From a virus (Duplodnaviria; Caudoviricetes), in the IMG/VR virus record IMGVR_UViG_3300033475_000061, positions 1 to 43,234 of that record: a DNA stretch of 43,234 nt, one strand, 5' to 3'. Shown here piece by piece: positions 1 to 8,637 of this stretch (position 1 is its first letter; every line of letters starts with the position of its first letter). Made by a program: the position numbers and the translations under genes. The notes under the pieces were generated by a model that was not told the DNA's origin, searched no databases, and saw nothing but the letters and a program-made list of their open reading frames with translations.

Positions 1-57
1 GTACCGGGCATGATCGCCTTGGGGGCCTCCCCCCACCCCATCGTCACCGTGAGTGAC

Positions 58-441
58 TCAGGTGGCATGCCATCCGCCGGGCTGACGCGTCGCGGTCTGC
101 GCGCTGTCGCACGTCGCGCACAGCCCGCGCCCGTAGGCCGGGTCGTTGGCGTCCAGTCCCGCCGCGACCAGCTCGTCACGGCCTCGCGGCCAGTGGTCTG
201 CCCTGGTGCTGGCCCGGTAGCAGCGCCCGCCGTGCCCGTGGGCACCAACCTCGGGACACACACAGATGGGGTCACGACGCAGCACGCTTGGCCTGAACCA
301 CTGGGTGTGCCCCTTGCCGTACCCGCGCTCGTGCCGCGACCCGCGGCGCTGGTCGGCGGCCTTGGTGTGCGCCTGGCAGCGTCCGCCCGTGACCAGCTCT
401 GGGCATCCGCTCTGGCTGCAGACGCGCAGTGCCCTGGCCAT
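58..441 (-). CDS. HNH endonuclease (terminase-associated type)
   Basis: CSQSGCP...RC..H, RGYG..H, RDPIC, ADHWP, LCATC motifs; last gene before the genome end; TGATG overlap with upstream gene. Confidence 0.85.
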   Translation of the reverse strand: MARALRVCSQSGCPELVTGGRCQAHTKAADQRRGSRHERGYGKGHTQWFRPSVLRRDPICVCPEVGAHGHGGRCYRASTRADHWPRGRDELVAAGLDANDPAYGRGLCATCDSAQTATRQPGGWHAT

Positions 442-671
442 CACGCCGCCTGCGTCTGCGCCCACCGCGCGCCGGGCCGCCGCGTCCCCCGGTTGTTCGG
501 GCTGTACCTCGTGGCCAGCTCTGCCGCGAGGACGTCGCCGAGCCGGTACAGCCCGTCGCCGCCGCGCGCGAGGTGGCCGCGCACGACCCACATGCCGAGG
601 GTGGCGGGGCTGACGCCGGCGCGCCCGGCGGCCTGCTTGCGGGTGAGGCGGGCGTCAAGGTCCACGTCCAC
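441..671 (-). CDS. Small HTH DNA-binding protein
   Basis: LTRKQAAGRAGVSPATLGMWVVRGHL...YRLGDVLAAE; GGAGG RBS. Confidence 0.8.
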   Translation of the reverse strand: MDVDLDARLTRKQAAGRAGVSPATLGMWVVRGHLARGGDGLYRLGDVLAAELATRYSPNNRGTRRPGARWAQTQAA

Positions 672-687
672 CTCCCGGACAGCAGAA

Positions 688-714
688 AGCCCGGGCCAGA
701 AGCTGGTCCGGGCT
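688..714 (-). terminator. Intrinsic terminator-like hairpin
   Basis: AGCCCGGACCAG-CTT-CTGGCCCGGGCT followed by TTCTG on the minus strand. Confidence 0.55.
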
Positions 715-782
715 CGCCGGGCAGACTGCGCCCGCTGCGCTCATGGTAACGCGATTGCCGCCATGGTCAAGGATGGGGTCAC

Positions 783-872
783 CTACGGCGCGTCGGGCCG
801 CCATTCCGCCTTCGCCAGCCGCTCTTCCTCGTCAAGCTGCATCCGCAGCCAGGGGACCAGGTCCTCGCTCAT
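783..872 (-). pseudogene. 29-aa remnant resembling the N-terminus of DUF6221-type phage proteins
   Basis: MSEDLVPWLRMQLDEEERLAKAE then early TAG; ATGA overlap and GGAGG RBS. Confidence 0.45.
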
Positions 873-1576
873 GCCGCCTCCACTCCCGCTGCCAGCATCT
901 TGACCCACCGCTGGTACTCGTCGTCATCCCAGAGCCTGCCGCATGCCGCGCACTCGGCCGTCCACCGCGACGCGTGGTCCCGGTACAGCGCCCCCACCAC
1001 ATCGCAGCTGCACGGCACCCCGTCCAGCAGCTCAGGCCGGTCGGGGATGTCACCCGCCGCCCGCCGGCACCGTTGCAGTAGCGCCCGCATCTCCCCGACC
1101 CACTCGTCCACCGCCGGATGCACGTCGGCGGCCCAGTCGGCCCGGTCTGCGAGCCACCGCAGCAGCGCGGGCACGGTGGCGGCCGGCAGGTGCTCGCCGG
1201 GGCAGGTGGGGTGGCTGCGCCAGTCCCGCACCCACTGGTCGAGCACGCTGGCGACGGACAGGCCGCCGATCTGGTCGTGGCGGGCGTCGCGGACGGCCCC
1301 AGCGCGCGCGTGGGCCGTCAGATCGACCAGGTCCACACTGACGGGCACGGGCGCCTCCCGGGAGCCGGAGACGGGCGCAGCGCCGGCCGCAGCGCGGGTG
1401 TGGCCGGCGGGCAGTACGGCGGAGACCGGGTCGGCGCCGGGCTCGGGTACCTCGGGCGTACCGAGGGCCGCGTACGCCTCGCCGAGCTCCCGCAGGGTGC
1501 GGGCCAGCCCGGCGCGGCACGGCTGGCATACCTGGCCGCGCTCGGCCTGGCGCCGCTGGTCGATGACGCAGATCAC
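869..1576 (-). CDS. Conserved actinophage Zn-binding protein, possible late regulator
   Basis: N-terminal C...CQPC and C-terminal CSC...CAAC; GTGA overlap; located at the end of the early operon. Confidence 0.7.
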   Translation of the reverse strand: MICVIDQRRQAERGQVCQPCRAGLARTLRELGEAYAALGTPEVPEPGADPVSAVLPAGHTRAAAGAAPVSGSREAPVPVSVDLVDLTAHARAGAVRDARHDQIGGLSVASVLDQWVRDWRSHPTCPGEHLPAATVPALLRWLADRADWAADVHPAVDEWVGEMRALLQRCRRAAGDIPDRPELLDGVPCSCDVVGALYRDHASRWTAECAACGRLWDDDEYQRWVKMLAAGVEAA

Positions 1577-1764
1577 GGCGCCTCCCGGTCGTCTGCCGGC
1601 AGGTGCTCCCGGTCCCACTCATCATCGCGGGCGGCCTCTTCAGCGTCGGCGCGGCGCTCGTCGAGCAGGCCGCGGGCTGACCAGCCCAGCCACCAGCAGA
1701 TGCCGCCAAGGCCGAGCTGGGAGGCCGTGAGCAACGCGAGCGTGACCGGCCCGGCCTCAGCCAC
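1573..1764 (-). CDS. Small membrane protein
   Basis: Hydrophobic VTLALLTASQLGLGGICWWLGW; GGAGG RBS; start uncertain. Confidence 0.55.
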   Translation of the reverse strand: MAEAGPVTLALLTASQLGLGGICWWLGWSARGLLDERRADAEEAARDDEWDREHLPADDREAP

Positions 1765-1805
1765 CGTCCACCTCCGGGGGCAGCCTGCGCTGGGTAGTGG
1801 CCATG

Positions 1806-2363
1806 TCAACCCGCCTTCCCGCGCCGCGCCGGCGGGAGGAAACCTCGCCGCCGCGCCTCCGCAATCCATCGATGCACAGTAGGGATAGGCACGCCCGCCT
1901 CTTCTGCTAGCAGCGGTGCGACCTTGCTCGACCTCGCCACGGCAGCGTTATACGCATCCGCCACCTGGCGGTAGAAGGCTTCCGGGTCGCTTCCATCTGG
2001 GCGCGCAAGCCGCGGTGTCTCCGCCGCGATCGCGTACGGCAGCTGGTCACCCTCGATGAATTCGGCTCTCGAACGACGTTCAAGAGCCGTGTAGGTCAAG
2101 TCGTTGCCGGCATCCTGCTCGGTCAGTACTCGCCGGGCTTCCGGCGTATTGATCATGCTTTCGATCCAGCCAATCGGCAGGCCACGCAGAACGGTGGAGT
2201 TGATGCCGGGTGCCCATGGGTTTCCACTCAGTACGAGGTCGACGATGATCCGTCGACCTTCGCTTTCGATGGTCTTAGCGAGGACTACCGCGCCCTCGAC
2301 TCCATCGACTCGCACCCAACCCTGGTGCCCGTACTGAAGGCGCTTGAGCCAGTGGCAGATCAC
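1806..2363 (-). CDS. Hypothetical protein with C-terminal HTH (DUF6214-like)
   Basis: VADAYNAAVARSSKVAPLLAEEAGVPIPTVHRWIAEARRRGFL; visibly more A/T-ending codons than neighbours. Confidence 0.75.
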   Translation of the reverse strand: MICHWLKRLQYGHQGWVRVDGVEGAVVLAKTIESEGRRIIVDLVLSGNPWAPGINSTVLRGLPIGWIESMINTPEARRVLTEQDAGNDLTYTALERRSRAEFIEGDQLPYAIAAETPRLARPDGSDPEAFYRQVADAYNAAVARSSKVAPLLAEEAGVPIPTVHRWIAEARRRGFLPPARRGKAG

Positions 2364-2554
2364 GGCGCCTCCCTGGCGGCTTTCTTCGCGGCCGCATCGC
2401 GGGCCTGCCATGCCGCGTCACGTTCGGCGTTCTGGCGCTCGTACGCGCTCGGCGGATGCACCAGGCAGCCCCGCGACCAGCCACGGATGTACCTCGGCCC
2501 GCTGTAGTCGGACACGTCGACCAGGTCGCACGTGCACTGCGGGTCGTCGCTCAT
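2360..2554 (-). CDS. Hypothetical protein (CxC...CxxH)
   Basis: MSDDPQCTCD...GCLVHP; overlapping stop/start at both ends. Confidence 0.65.
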   Translation of the reverse strand: MSDDPQCTCDLVDVSDYSGPRYIRGWSRGCLVHPPSAYERQNAERDAAWQARDAAAKKAAREAP

Positions 2555-2661
2555 CTGCCGTACCCCCATCCCACGTGGACGGCCCTGATCACCATGTCGG
2601 CGGCGGTACCGAGGACCACGTAGGCCACGGCGGTGGCCAGCCGGGCTGCGCAGCGGATCAC
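2551..2661 (-). CDS. 36-aa hydrophobic peptide
   Basis: VIRCAARLATAVAYVVLGTAADMVIRAVHVGWGYGR fills the gap with GTGA/ATGA overlaps; below the ORF-track cutoff. Confidence 0.5.
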   Translation of the reverse strand: MIRCAARLATAVAYVVLGTAADMVIRAVHVGWGYGR

Positions 2662-3884
2662 CGATCGCCTCCGCTGTCGTCGACCAGCGGGGCGAACACC
2701 AGGACCTCAAGCCAGGTGCGCGCGCGGCCGACATGGACGTGGGTGCTGCCGCCGGGTCCGGGGTGCCCGGTCTGCATCCCCCAGCCGTCACCGACGCGCA
2801 CCCAGCGGTCCCCGTCGGCGTCCCGCACCGCCGTCACCTCCGGTCCTGGCTCGGCCGGCAGCGCCCATGTCCGGGGTTGCGGGTCCTCGGCCGGGTCCGT
2901 CGTCAGGACCTGGTAGACGTCCGCGAGCGGCAGCGTGTCGCGCCCGGCGGCCTCGGCCTCGGTGGCGAGGGCGAGCAGCGCGGTCTGCTGGCGACCCAGC
3001 AGCGCGACCTCGGACTGCTCACCCATCGGTGGCCGCCCGGCGGCCACCCACGCCTCGTGGACGGCGTCGAGCTGCTCGGGCAGCGTCGGGGCGCTCGGGG
3101 CGGCCGGCGGCGGGGTGCCGCTACCATCGACGGCGGGCGCCCGGTCGGGCGATGACGCGAACTTCTTGGCGACGTTCTCCTCTGGCCAGCCGGGCGCCCC
3201 CTCAGCCTCCTGCGACGACGCGATGCCCTGCGCCCGTATGGCGGCCCGGGTCGGGCAGTGTCCGATCTCCCGCTGCCCGATGCCTTCCAGTGCGCATCCG
3301 GCGCACGGCGGCCAGCCGCGCGCCAGCGCCTCGGCGGGGTAGGTCCACTCGCTCTCCCAGCCCGGCGGCGGCGAGTGCAGCGCGAGCACCCGATCGATGC
3401 TCGCCCGCGCCACGGCCAGGTCTGCGCGGGCAGCGTCCCGCTCGTCTATCAGCCAGGACAGCAGCACGCCCAGGTCGGGCGTGATGAGCGCGCGGGCGTC
3501 GGAGTCCTCGGCCCGCCACCGGGCGACAGCCTCCATCGTCCGTTCCCACTGGAGGTCGAACAGCGCGCGCAGTTCCGCAACCTCGCGTTCGAGCTGCTCC
3601 CGCTCGGCCACCGCAGCGTCCGCCCGGGCGGTCTCGGCGGCCAACCGCTCCGTCAGGGCGGCAACCTCAGCGCGCAGGGCATCCGTGTCCTGCCACTCCT
3701 GATGCATCGGCACCGTCATGCCCTCGGCTGCGGCGGCCACGTCCCGCAGCGCGCGCGTCACCTTGTCGAATCCCCATCCCCGGACGGTCTGGCCGGTGGT
3801 CTGGGTGTGGGCGCCGTCATGGCCCGCGTCGCGGTCACAGTGCAGTTCCCAGACGGTGTTTACCTCGGGGCAGCGGTCAGGCAT
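2658..3884 (-). CDS. Mosaic hypothetical protein (Cys/His motif, coiled coil)
   Basis: MPDRCPE...HCDRDAGHDGAH, coiled-coil stretch, CAGC...CPT; AAGGAG RBS. Confidence 0.7.
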   Translation of the reverse strand: MPDRCPEVNTVWELHCDRDAGHDGAHTQTTGQTVRGWGFDKVTRALRDVAAAAEGMTVPMHQEWQDTDALRAEVAALTERLAAETARADAAVAEREQLEREVAELRALFDLQWERTMEAVARWRAEDSDARALITPDLGVLLSWLIDERDAARADLAVARASIDRVLALHSPPPGWESEWTYPAEALARGWPPCAGCALEGIGQREIGHCPTRAAIRAQGIASSQEAEGAPGWPEENVAKKFASSPDRAPAVDGSGTPPPAAPSAPTLPEQLDAVHEAWVAAGRPPMGEQSEVALLGRQQTALLALATEAEAAGRDTLPLADVYQVLTTDPAEDPQPRTWALPAEPGPEVTAVRDADGDRWVRVGDGWGMQTGHPGPGGSTHVHVGRARTWLEVLVFAPLVDDSGGDR

Positions 3885-4122
3885 CGGGCGTCTCCTTCGG
3901 GGTGGTTGCGTGCTCGCGGGCGTAGTCGGCTGCCTTACGCAGCCGGGCGTCCCGGCCGGGAAGGTCCACGGCGGTGAGGATGGCGTCGCCCAGGGCCGTG
4001 ACGATGTGTTCGGCCAATGCGATCGCGGACATGCCATCGGCGGCACCCCAGGCGATCGCGAAGGCGCCGAGGCCCGCGTTCAGTGCCCGCTCACGCACGT
4101 CCGGGGGGATGGGGGCGGTCAT
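3877..4122 (-). CDS. Hypothetical protein
   Basis: 81-aa ORF with ATGA overlap, within the operon. Confidence 0.65.
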   Translation of the reverse strand: MTAPIPPDVRERALNAGLGAFAIAWGAADGMSAIALAEHIVTALGDAILTAVDLPGRDARLRKAADYAREHATTPKETPDA

Positions 4123-5024
4123 GCGGCATCAACTCCGGCGGCCGACAGACCCGACCGGCAGCCATAGGGAGAGCAGCCGTCCGGGTCACCGTCCTCCGAC
4201 ATGTCGGCCAGCAACGCGAAGATGTCACCCTGACGCTCGGCCCACTCCGCGCGAGTCACCCGATCAATGGGGGCGACGCTTAGCGGCACCCGGGAGCGAT
4301 GCAAGAAGGCCTCGCCATCGAGCGGTAGGCCATGGGCGCCGCCTTTACGGATCGCCGCGTCGAAGGCGACGGCGTCGTCCCACTCGTCCGGATGGTTATC
4401 ACGCAGGTCCCGCCACTGCCGGTTGCCGTGGAATGGACAGCCGATGCAGGCGCTCTTGGCTACCGAGGTCCAGCCACGCGAGCGCAGCCACCGCTCACAG
4501 TCGATGCGGGACATGCCCAGGTCCAGCAGCGGGTACCGCTTGGTGATGTACGAGACACCATCCTTGTCGGAGACCCGGCCGATCTCGTCGACCGAGAACC
4601 CAATCCACTGCTCGGCTCCGCGGCCCTTCGGCACGCGCTTGAAGTCCGGCGCGGCGGCGCCGAGCAGCTCTCGGACCTTACGGCCGATCGGCGCCAGCTT
4701 GTACTCAGATGTGCACTGCCGACGGCCCATCCCTTCAGAGCCGTCCGGATTGCGCACGAAGTAGGGGATGCTCGCGTATCGGTGCAGCGGGTCGAGCGTG
4801 TCGTCTCGCAAGTTGCCGCTACTGACCCGGTACAGCGGGATGCCGGCCTCAACCAGCACCACCTCAAGACGGTCAAGGTGCTCATACACCCGGCGCGGCT
4901 CCCAGCCGGTATCCGCGAAAATCGCCCCGTCCAGCGGATCAAGGTCGCCAGCAGCCGCCATCAGTGCGAGCGTGGTTGACTGGACCCCTGCCCCCAGGCT
5001 CAGCAGACGCAGATCCGGCCTCAT
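4119..5024 (-). CDS. PAPS reductase-like / adenine nucleotide alpha-hydrolase family protein
   Basis: PP-loop SLGAGVQS, FADTGWE, RQCTSEYK, YPLLD, KSACIGCPFH, C-terminal GCSPYGC. Confidence 0.85.
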   Translation of the reverse strand: MRPDLRLLSLGAGVQSTTLALMAAAGDLDPLDGAIFADTGWEPRRVYEHLDRLEVVLVEAGIPLYRVSSGNLRDDTLDPLHRYASIPYFVRNPDGSEGMGRRQCTSEYKLAPIGRKVRELLGAAAPDFKRVPKGRGAEQWIGFSVDEIGRVSDKDGVSYITKRYPLLDLGMSRIDCERWLRSRGWTSVAKSACIGCPFHGNRQWRDLRDNHPDEWDDAVAFDAAIRKGGAHGLPLDGEAFLHRSRVPLSVAPIDRVTRAEWAERQGDIFALLADMSEDGDPDGCSPYGCRSGLSAAGVDAA

Positions 5025-5248
5025 ACGGCACCGTCCCGGGCCAGGATCGCGGCGTGCGCCTGGTAGTCCACGTCCTGCGGCGCCGGCCGCGTACTGCCCT
5101 CCGGGTACGCCTCGGCGACCCACTCCGGCGGAGCCGGCCGGCGGTCATGCGCGAGCAGGTCGCCGCAATGCTCGCAGACCCACAGACGCGGGTCCCGGCC
5201 GAGTAGCCGGGTCATGCAACAGTGCCGGCAGGGTATGCGCTCGGTCAT
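5021..5248 (-). CDS. Small zinc-ribbon protein
   Basis: CRHC...CEHCG; ATGA overlaps. Confidence 0.6.
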   Translation of the reverse strand: MTERIPCRHCCMTRLLGRDPRLWVCEHCGDLLAHDRRPAPPEWVAEAYPEGSTRPAPQDVDYQAHAAILARDGAV

Positions 5249-5751
5249 GGCGTGGCCTCCACATCGTCGAGCACGGCGTCGAGCGCGTCAGCCTCTTCGG
5301 TGTGGCCGGGTTGGCGGTGCCACCGGTCCCGTAGCTCCGCCACGGCTGCACATACCTCGCGCAACCGCTGCACCTCGGCGCGCGCCTGGTCCCGCTCGAC
5401 GGTCAGCCGGTTCCCCCTGACACGTTCGAAGTCACGCTCCCGCACAGTGAGGTCGTAGAACGCCTTGTCGACCGGGTGCATCCTCCCGGCCACGCCGGTC
5501 CGGTTCACCTGGTCAAGGGTTTCCGCTAGGCCGTCCCGCTCGGCGGTCAGCCGCTGCACCTCGGCGAGCAGCGCGTCGGCAGCAGTGAGCGCCGCGCTGA
5601 GGATCATGTCGCTGTCCCGGTCCACGTCGACGGGGACACTCATCCGCCACCGGGTGGTGCCGGATGACAGCTCGCCGATGAGGGTGTGGGCTCGGGCGAT
5701 CTGGGCCCGTACGGCGTCGAGGTCCAGGGCGTCGGTGGTCTCGGTGGACAT
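5245..5751 (-). CDS. Hypothetical coiled-coil protein
   Basis: Repeated AEVQRL..ERD helices; GAGGAG RBS. Confidence 0.7.
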   Translation of the reverse strand: MSTETTDALDLDAVRAQIARAHTLIGELSSGTTRWRMSVPVDVDRDSDMILSAALTAADALLAEVQRLTAERDGLAETLDQVNRTGVAGRMHPVDKAFYDLTVRERDFERVRGNRLTVERDQARAEVQRLREVCAAVAELRDRWHRQPGHTEEADALDAVLDDVEATP

Positions 5752-5969
5752 CAGGACTCCTCGGCAACGATGAGGCGCACGCCGAGCTTGACGTCCTCGG
5801 GGACATCGGACCACTCCTTCGGGATGCCACCGACGTAGCCCATTCGGTACCAGTTCCGGTTAGCCCAGCCGCCATAGGCGGCACCCTCGTCGTCGCGCAC
5901 CCACGCCTCGGTGAGGTCGGTGTCGGCGAGGATCGTTCCGTCGGGTGGCTCGGGGATCGTAGAGGTCAT
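5751..5969 (-). CDS. Hypothetical protein
   Basis: MTSTIPEPPDGT...; AGGAG RBS. Confidence 0.65.
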   Translation of the reverse strand: MTSTIPEPPDGTILADTDLTEAWVRDDEGAAYGGWANRNWYRMGYVGGIPKEWSDVPEDVKLGVRLIVAEES

Positions 5970-5983
5970 CAAGGTCTCCTGGG

Positions 5984-6835
5984 TCAGGCTGATTTGCGGA
6001 TCGGGATGACGTTGCCCCGGCGGGCCGGCTCGGTCGGGGGTGCTGCCTTACGGCACAGGGCACAACTCGACGAGCCGTCCGGGCGGGCGCGGGCCCTGAG
6101 GTTGTGCGGGCACCGGTCCGGGATCGGCGGCGGCGGCCGGCTTCCATCGTCGAGATTCGGATCTTGGTCGCGGCCGGTCGCGCGCGAATGGGTGACGGCC
6201 GTACGAAGATCTTCATCGGAGTGGGGGGTGGCAGTTGTGTCTTGGTGTAAGTGGGTGTTGGTGGCCAACGGCGTGGGGTGCAAAACGACGTCCCCGTGGG
6301 GTGCAAAACGCCGTTTGCCACCCACGCCGTGGGGTGCAAAAGCCGGCTCGTCGACCTCTTTTGCACCCTGTGCCGTGGGGTGCAAAACCTCGGCGCGGTC
6401 GGTTTCTGCACCCCTTCCCGTGGGGTGCAAAACCGGGTCCGGATCGGTCGGGTCCGGACCCTTGCGGCCGGCGTGCCGAGCCTGCATGCGATCGACCTCG
6501 ACCGATATCTGAGCAGGCGTCAGGACCTCGACGTGATCGAGCAACTCGGGACCGAGCATCAGCCGGTACTCGTCGGCCTGGCCGAGCCGACGCGCCCCGT
6601 ACGCCACCCGCTCGATCAGCCCGACCTCGCGCAACTTCGCGACCGCCGTCTGCGCCACGTTGTAGGTCACCTCGCAGTCAACCGCCAGCCGCGCCACTCC
6701 CGGAAAGATCCGTGCCCCATCGCGGTAGTCCGCGTAGGTGGCGAGCATCAGGGCGACGTACTTGGTCGTCTTGCCCAGCCGGGCGCGCCGCACGACGTCG
6801 GTCCATTCGCGCACGGAGACACTCGGCGTGGTCAA
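5984..6835 (-). CDS. Replication initiator (N-terminal winged HTH, lambda O-like layout)
   Basis: KYVALMLATYAD...IFPGVARLAVDCEVTYNVAQTAVAKLREVGLIERV; internal iterons; C-terminal CPH...CALC. Confidence 0.8.
   Translation of the reverse strand: MTTPSVSVREWTDVVRRARLGKTTKYVALMLATYADYRDGARIFPGVARLAVDCEVTYNVAQTAVAKLREVGLIERVAYGARRLGQADEYRLMLGPELLDHVEVLTPAQISVEVDRMQARHAGRKGPDPTDPDPVLHPTGRGAETDRAEVLHPTAQGAKEVDEPAFAPHGVGGKRRFAPHGDVVLHPTPLATNTHLHQDTTATPHSDEDLRTAVTHSRATGRDQDPNLDDGSRPPPPIPDRCPHNLRARARPDGSSSCALCRKAAPPTEPARRGNVIPIRKSA
6272..6432. repeat. Iteron array / probable replication origin: 5 x CGTGGGGTGCAAAA plus inverted partial copies
   Basis: Copies at 6272, 6295, 6328, 6374 and 6419; inverted TGCACCC copies within 6359-6368 and 6403-6414. 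Confidence 0.85.
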
Positions 6836-6839
6836 TGGA

Positions 6840-7016
6840 TCAGCTCTCCTTGCTCTCGCCGAGGCGCCGCAGCTCTGCGGCAGCCGCGACGGGGTCGGTT
6901 TCGGGCAGCTCGTGCACCTCGTTGCGTGCCGGCCGCCCGCACCGGCACGGCACATCCCCGCGGTGGTCGGCCGGCAGGTCGTCGGCCACGTACGGGTGGT
7001 GCGGCGCCAGTTTCAC
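6840..7016 (-). CDS. Small hypothetical protein
   Basis: VKLAPHHPY...PCRCGRP...VH; GGGAGG RBS. Confidence 0.6.
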   Translation of the reverse strand: MKLAPHHPYVADDLPADHRGDVPCRCGRPARNEVHELPETDPVAAAAELRRLGESKES

Positions 7017-7363
7017 GCCGACCTCCCTCGGCGCCGCCCGGGCTGCGCCTCCGCCTCCAGCGCGGCCAGCGGCCCGTACCGCTCCCGGACCGCGACCCGA
7101 GTGCGGGCGCCGCGCAGGACCTCCCCGCACGGCGGGCACAGCGACGTGCCGGGCTCGCCGCAGCGCCGGCAGGTGTCCGGCGGCGGGTCGTCCAGGCCGA
7201 GGGCGGCGAGCATCTCGCGCAGCCACCCCCGCGGGTCCGGCTGGCCCAGCGACCGGTCGGCGAAGTAGCGGCGCGCCTTGGCCTGCCGGCGCATCCGGGC
7301 GAGCCGGTCGGCCTCGGCGCCGCCGATGCGGGCCGTGTCGTAGCCGCCGTCATACTCGGCCAT
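7013..7363 (-). CDS. Hypothetical zinc-finger protein
   Basis: CRRCG...LCPPC; TGATG overlap. Confidence 0.65.
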   Translation of the reverse strand: MAEYDGGYDTARIGGAEADRLARMRRQAKARRYFADRSLGQPDPRGWLREMLAALGLDDPPPDTCRRCGEPGTSLCPPCGEVLRGARTRVAVRERYGPLAALEAEAQPGRRRGRSA

Positions 7364-7749
7364 CACGCCACCTCGGAGATGATCAGATGCACGGCGCCCG
7401 CCGGCCCGTACGGCAGTCGCTTGACCGGCTCGCCGGAGCGGATCTCGGTGCCCACGAGGTACTCCCGCGAGTCGTCGGCGAGCAGGCCGTAGTCCACGAG
7501 CCCATCGACGATGGCCTTGACGGTCGGGAAGTAGTTGTGGTCGTCGCGCCGTCTGCGGTCCGGGAACCGCAACTCGGCGACGATGCGGGCCCGGCCGAGC
7601 ATGGGCAGCTGGGCCGAGCGGGCGTGCACGGTGGCGGCCTCGCGCCACAGCCGCACCACCGGAGCCAGCCGTCGCCGGTCGCGGCGGCCGTTGGCGTTGA
7701 GCCACGGCGCCGGTGCCGGGATGTCCAGCGTCCAGACCCGCGCGCTCAC
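7363..7749 (-). CDS. rusA: RusA-like Holliday junction resolvase
   Basis: RRRRDDHN..PTVKAIVDGLVDYGLLADDS catalytic pattern. Confidence 0.8.
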   Translation of the reverse strand: MSARVWTLDIPAPAPWLNANGRRDRRRLAPVVRLWREAATVHARSAQLPMLGRARIVAELRFPDRRRRDDHNYFPTVKAIVDGLVDYGLLADDSREYLVGTEIRSGEPVKRLPYGPAGAVHLIISEVA

Positions 7750-8003
7750 AGCGCCGCCCGCCGCTCCAGCGCGTACAGCTCACTGAAGCGCTCCGGATAC
7801 TCGGCGGCCAGGCGGCGCAGGGCGCGACCGTACGCGGCCTTCATCCGCAGGTTGCGTTCTCGGGTCTGCGGATCGGCGGATCGGCTCACTTCCAAGTTCT
7901 TGATGCGGTGGGCTTCGAGACAGTCCGGACACGCCTGCTCGCCCCGCCGCCAGTGCCGCTGGTAGCCCGCCCACGTGCCGACCTTCTCCCCACAGGCGGT
8001 CAC
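7746..8003 (-). CDS. Small Cys/His zinc-binding protein
   Basis: GTWAGYQRHWRRGEQACPDCLEAH motif common in actinophages. Confidence 0.7.
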   Translation of the reverse strand: MTACGEKVGTWAGYQRHWRRGEQACPDCLEAHRIKNLEVSRSADPQTRERNLRMKAAYGRALRRLAAEYPERFSELYALERRAAL

Positions 8004-8263
8004 GATCGTGCCCTCGGGCTGGTGCGCCACGACGCGGCCTCGGGGCAGGAGGCGAAATGGCTCGTGTGTAGGTTGCGGCGCCCGAACTGCTGGGCGACGC
8101 CGAGCACCCGCGCCAGCGGCCTAGTCCCGCCGGCGGCCTCGACGCTGATGGTCCCGCCGGCGACCGGCTCGGCGTCGACGGGCATCGCGCGGGCGCGGGT
8201 CGTCACGCACCAGATGACCGGCGCCCCACAGGAGCGGCACGGCTCGGTCGGCCAGGCGGTCAC
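8000..8263 (-). CDS. Zinc-finger protein
   Basis: CRSCGAPVIW...MPVDAEP...HFASCP. Confidence 0.8.
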   Translation of the reverse strand: MTAWPTEPCRSCGAPVIWCVTTRARAMPVDAEPVAGGTISVEAAGGTRPLARVLGVAQQFGRRNLHTSHFASCPEAASWRTSPRARS

Positions 8264-8637
8264 TGCTCACCGTCCACATTGGTCAGCGTGCCCTCGTCGT
8301 GCCACCGCAGCGCCTCGACCAGTTCGCGATACAGCCGCCTCTGCTCGTCGCGGGTGTCCTCGTCTGTGTCGCGGTCACAGACCTCGACGTACGCCTGCGC
8401 CGCCTCGACCACGTCCTCACGGGAGTCGGCCAGCGCGGCGAGGTCTCGCCGGGCCAGCTCGACCACCGCGAACGCGGCGACCGTGCCGGCGTGATCCGGC
8501 TCGTCCAAGAACATCTTCAGCAGTTCGCGCAGTGCCGCGCGCTCGTCGAGTGCGACCGCCGGTCGCGCGCCGGCCACGATCACCGCGAGCAGGTCGAGCT
8601 GTCCGGACAGCAGCGGGTCAGACCGCAGGTCGCTCAC
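8260..8637 (-). CDS. Hypothetical protein
   Basis: 125-aa helical ORF with GTGA overlaps. Confidence 0.7.
   Translation of the reverse strand: MSDLRSDPLLSGQLDLLAVIVAGARPAVALDERAALRELLKMFLDEPDHAGTVAAFAVVELARRDLAALADSREDVVEAAQAYVEVCDRDTDEDTRDEQRRLYRELVEALRWHDEGTLTNVDGEQ

Larger units (their letters stand above)
1568..2373. repeat. 19-bp direct repeat GCAGATCACGGCGCCTCCC at 1568-1586 and 2355-2373
   Basis: Exact copies read from the sequence; each spans an RBS plus stop/start junction. Confidence 0.9.

Noticed and set aside
6272-6432. Repeats as a CRISPR array
   Set aside because: Repeats are only 14 bp, spacers are irregular (9-32 bp), they lie inside a coding gene and no cas operon is present; iterons fit better
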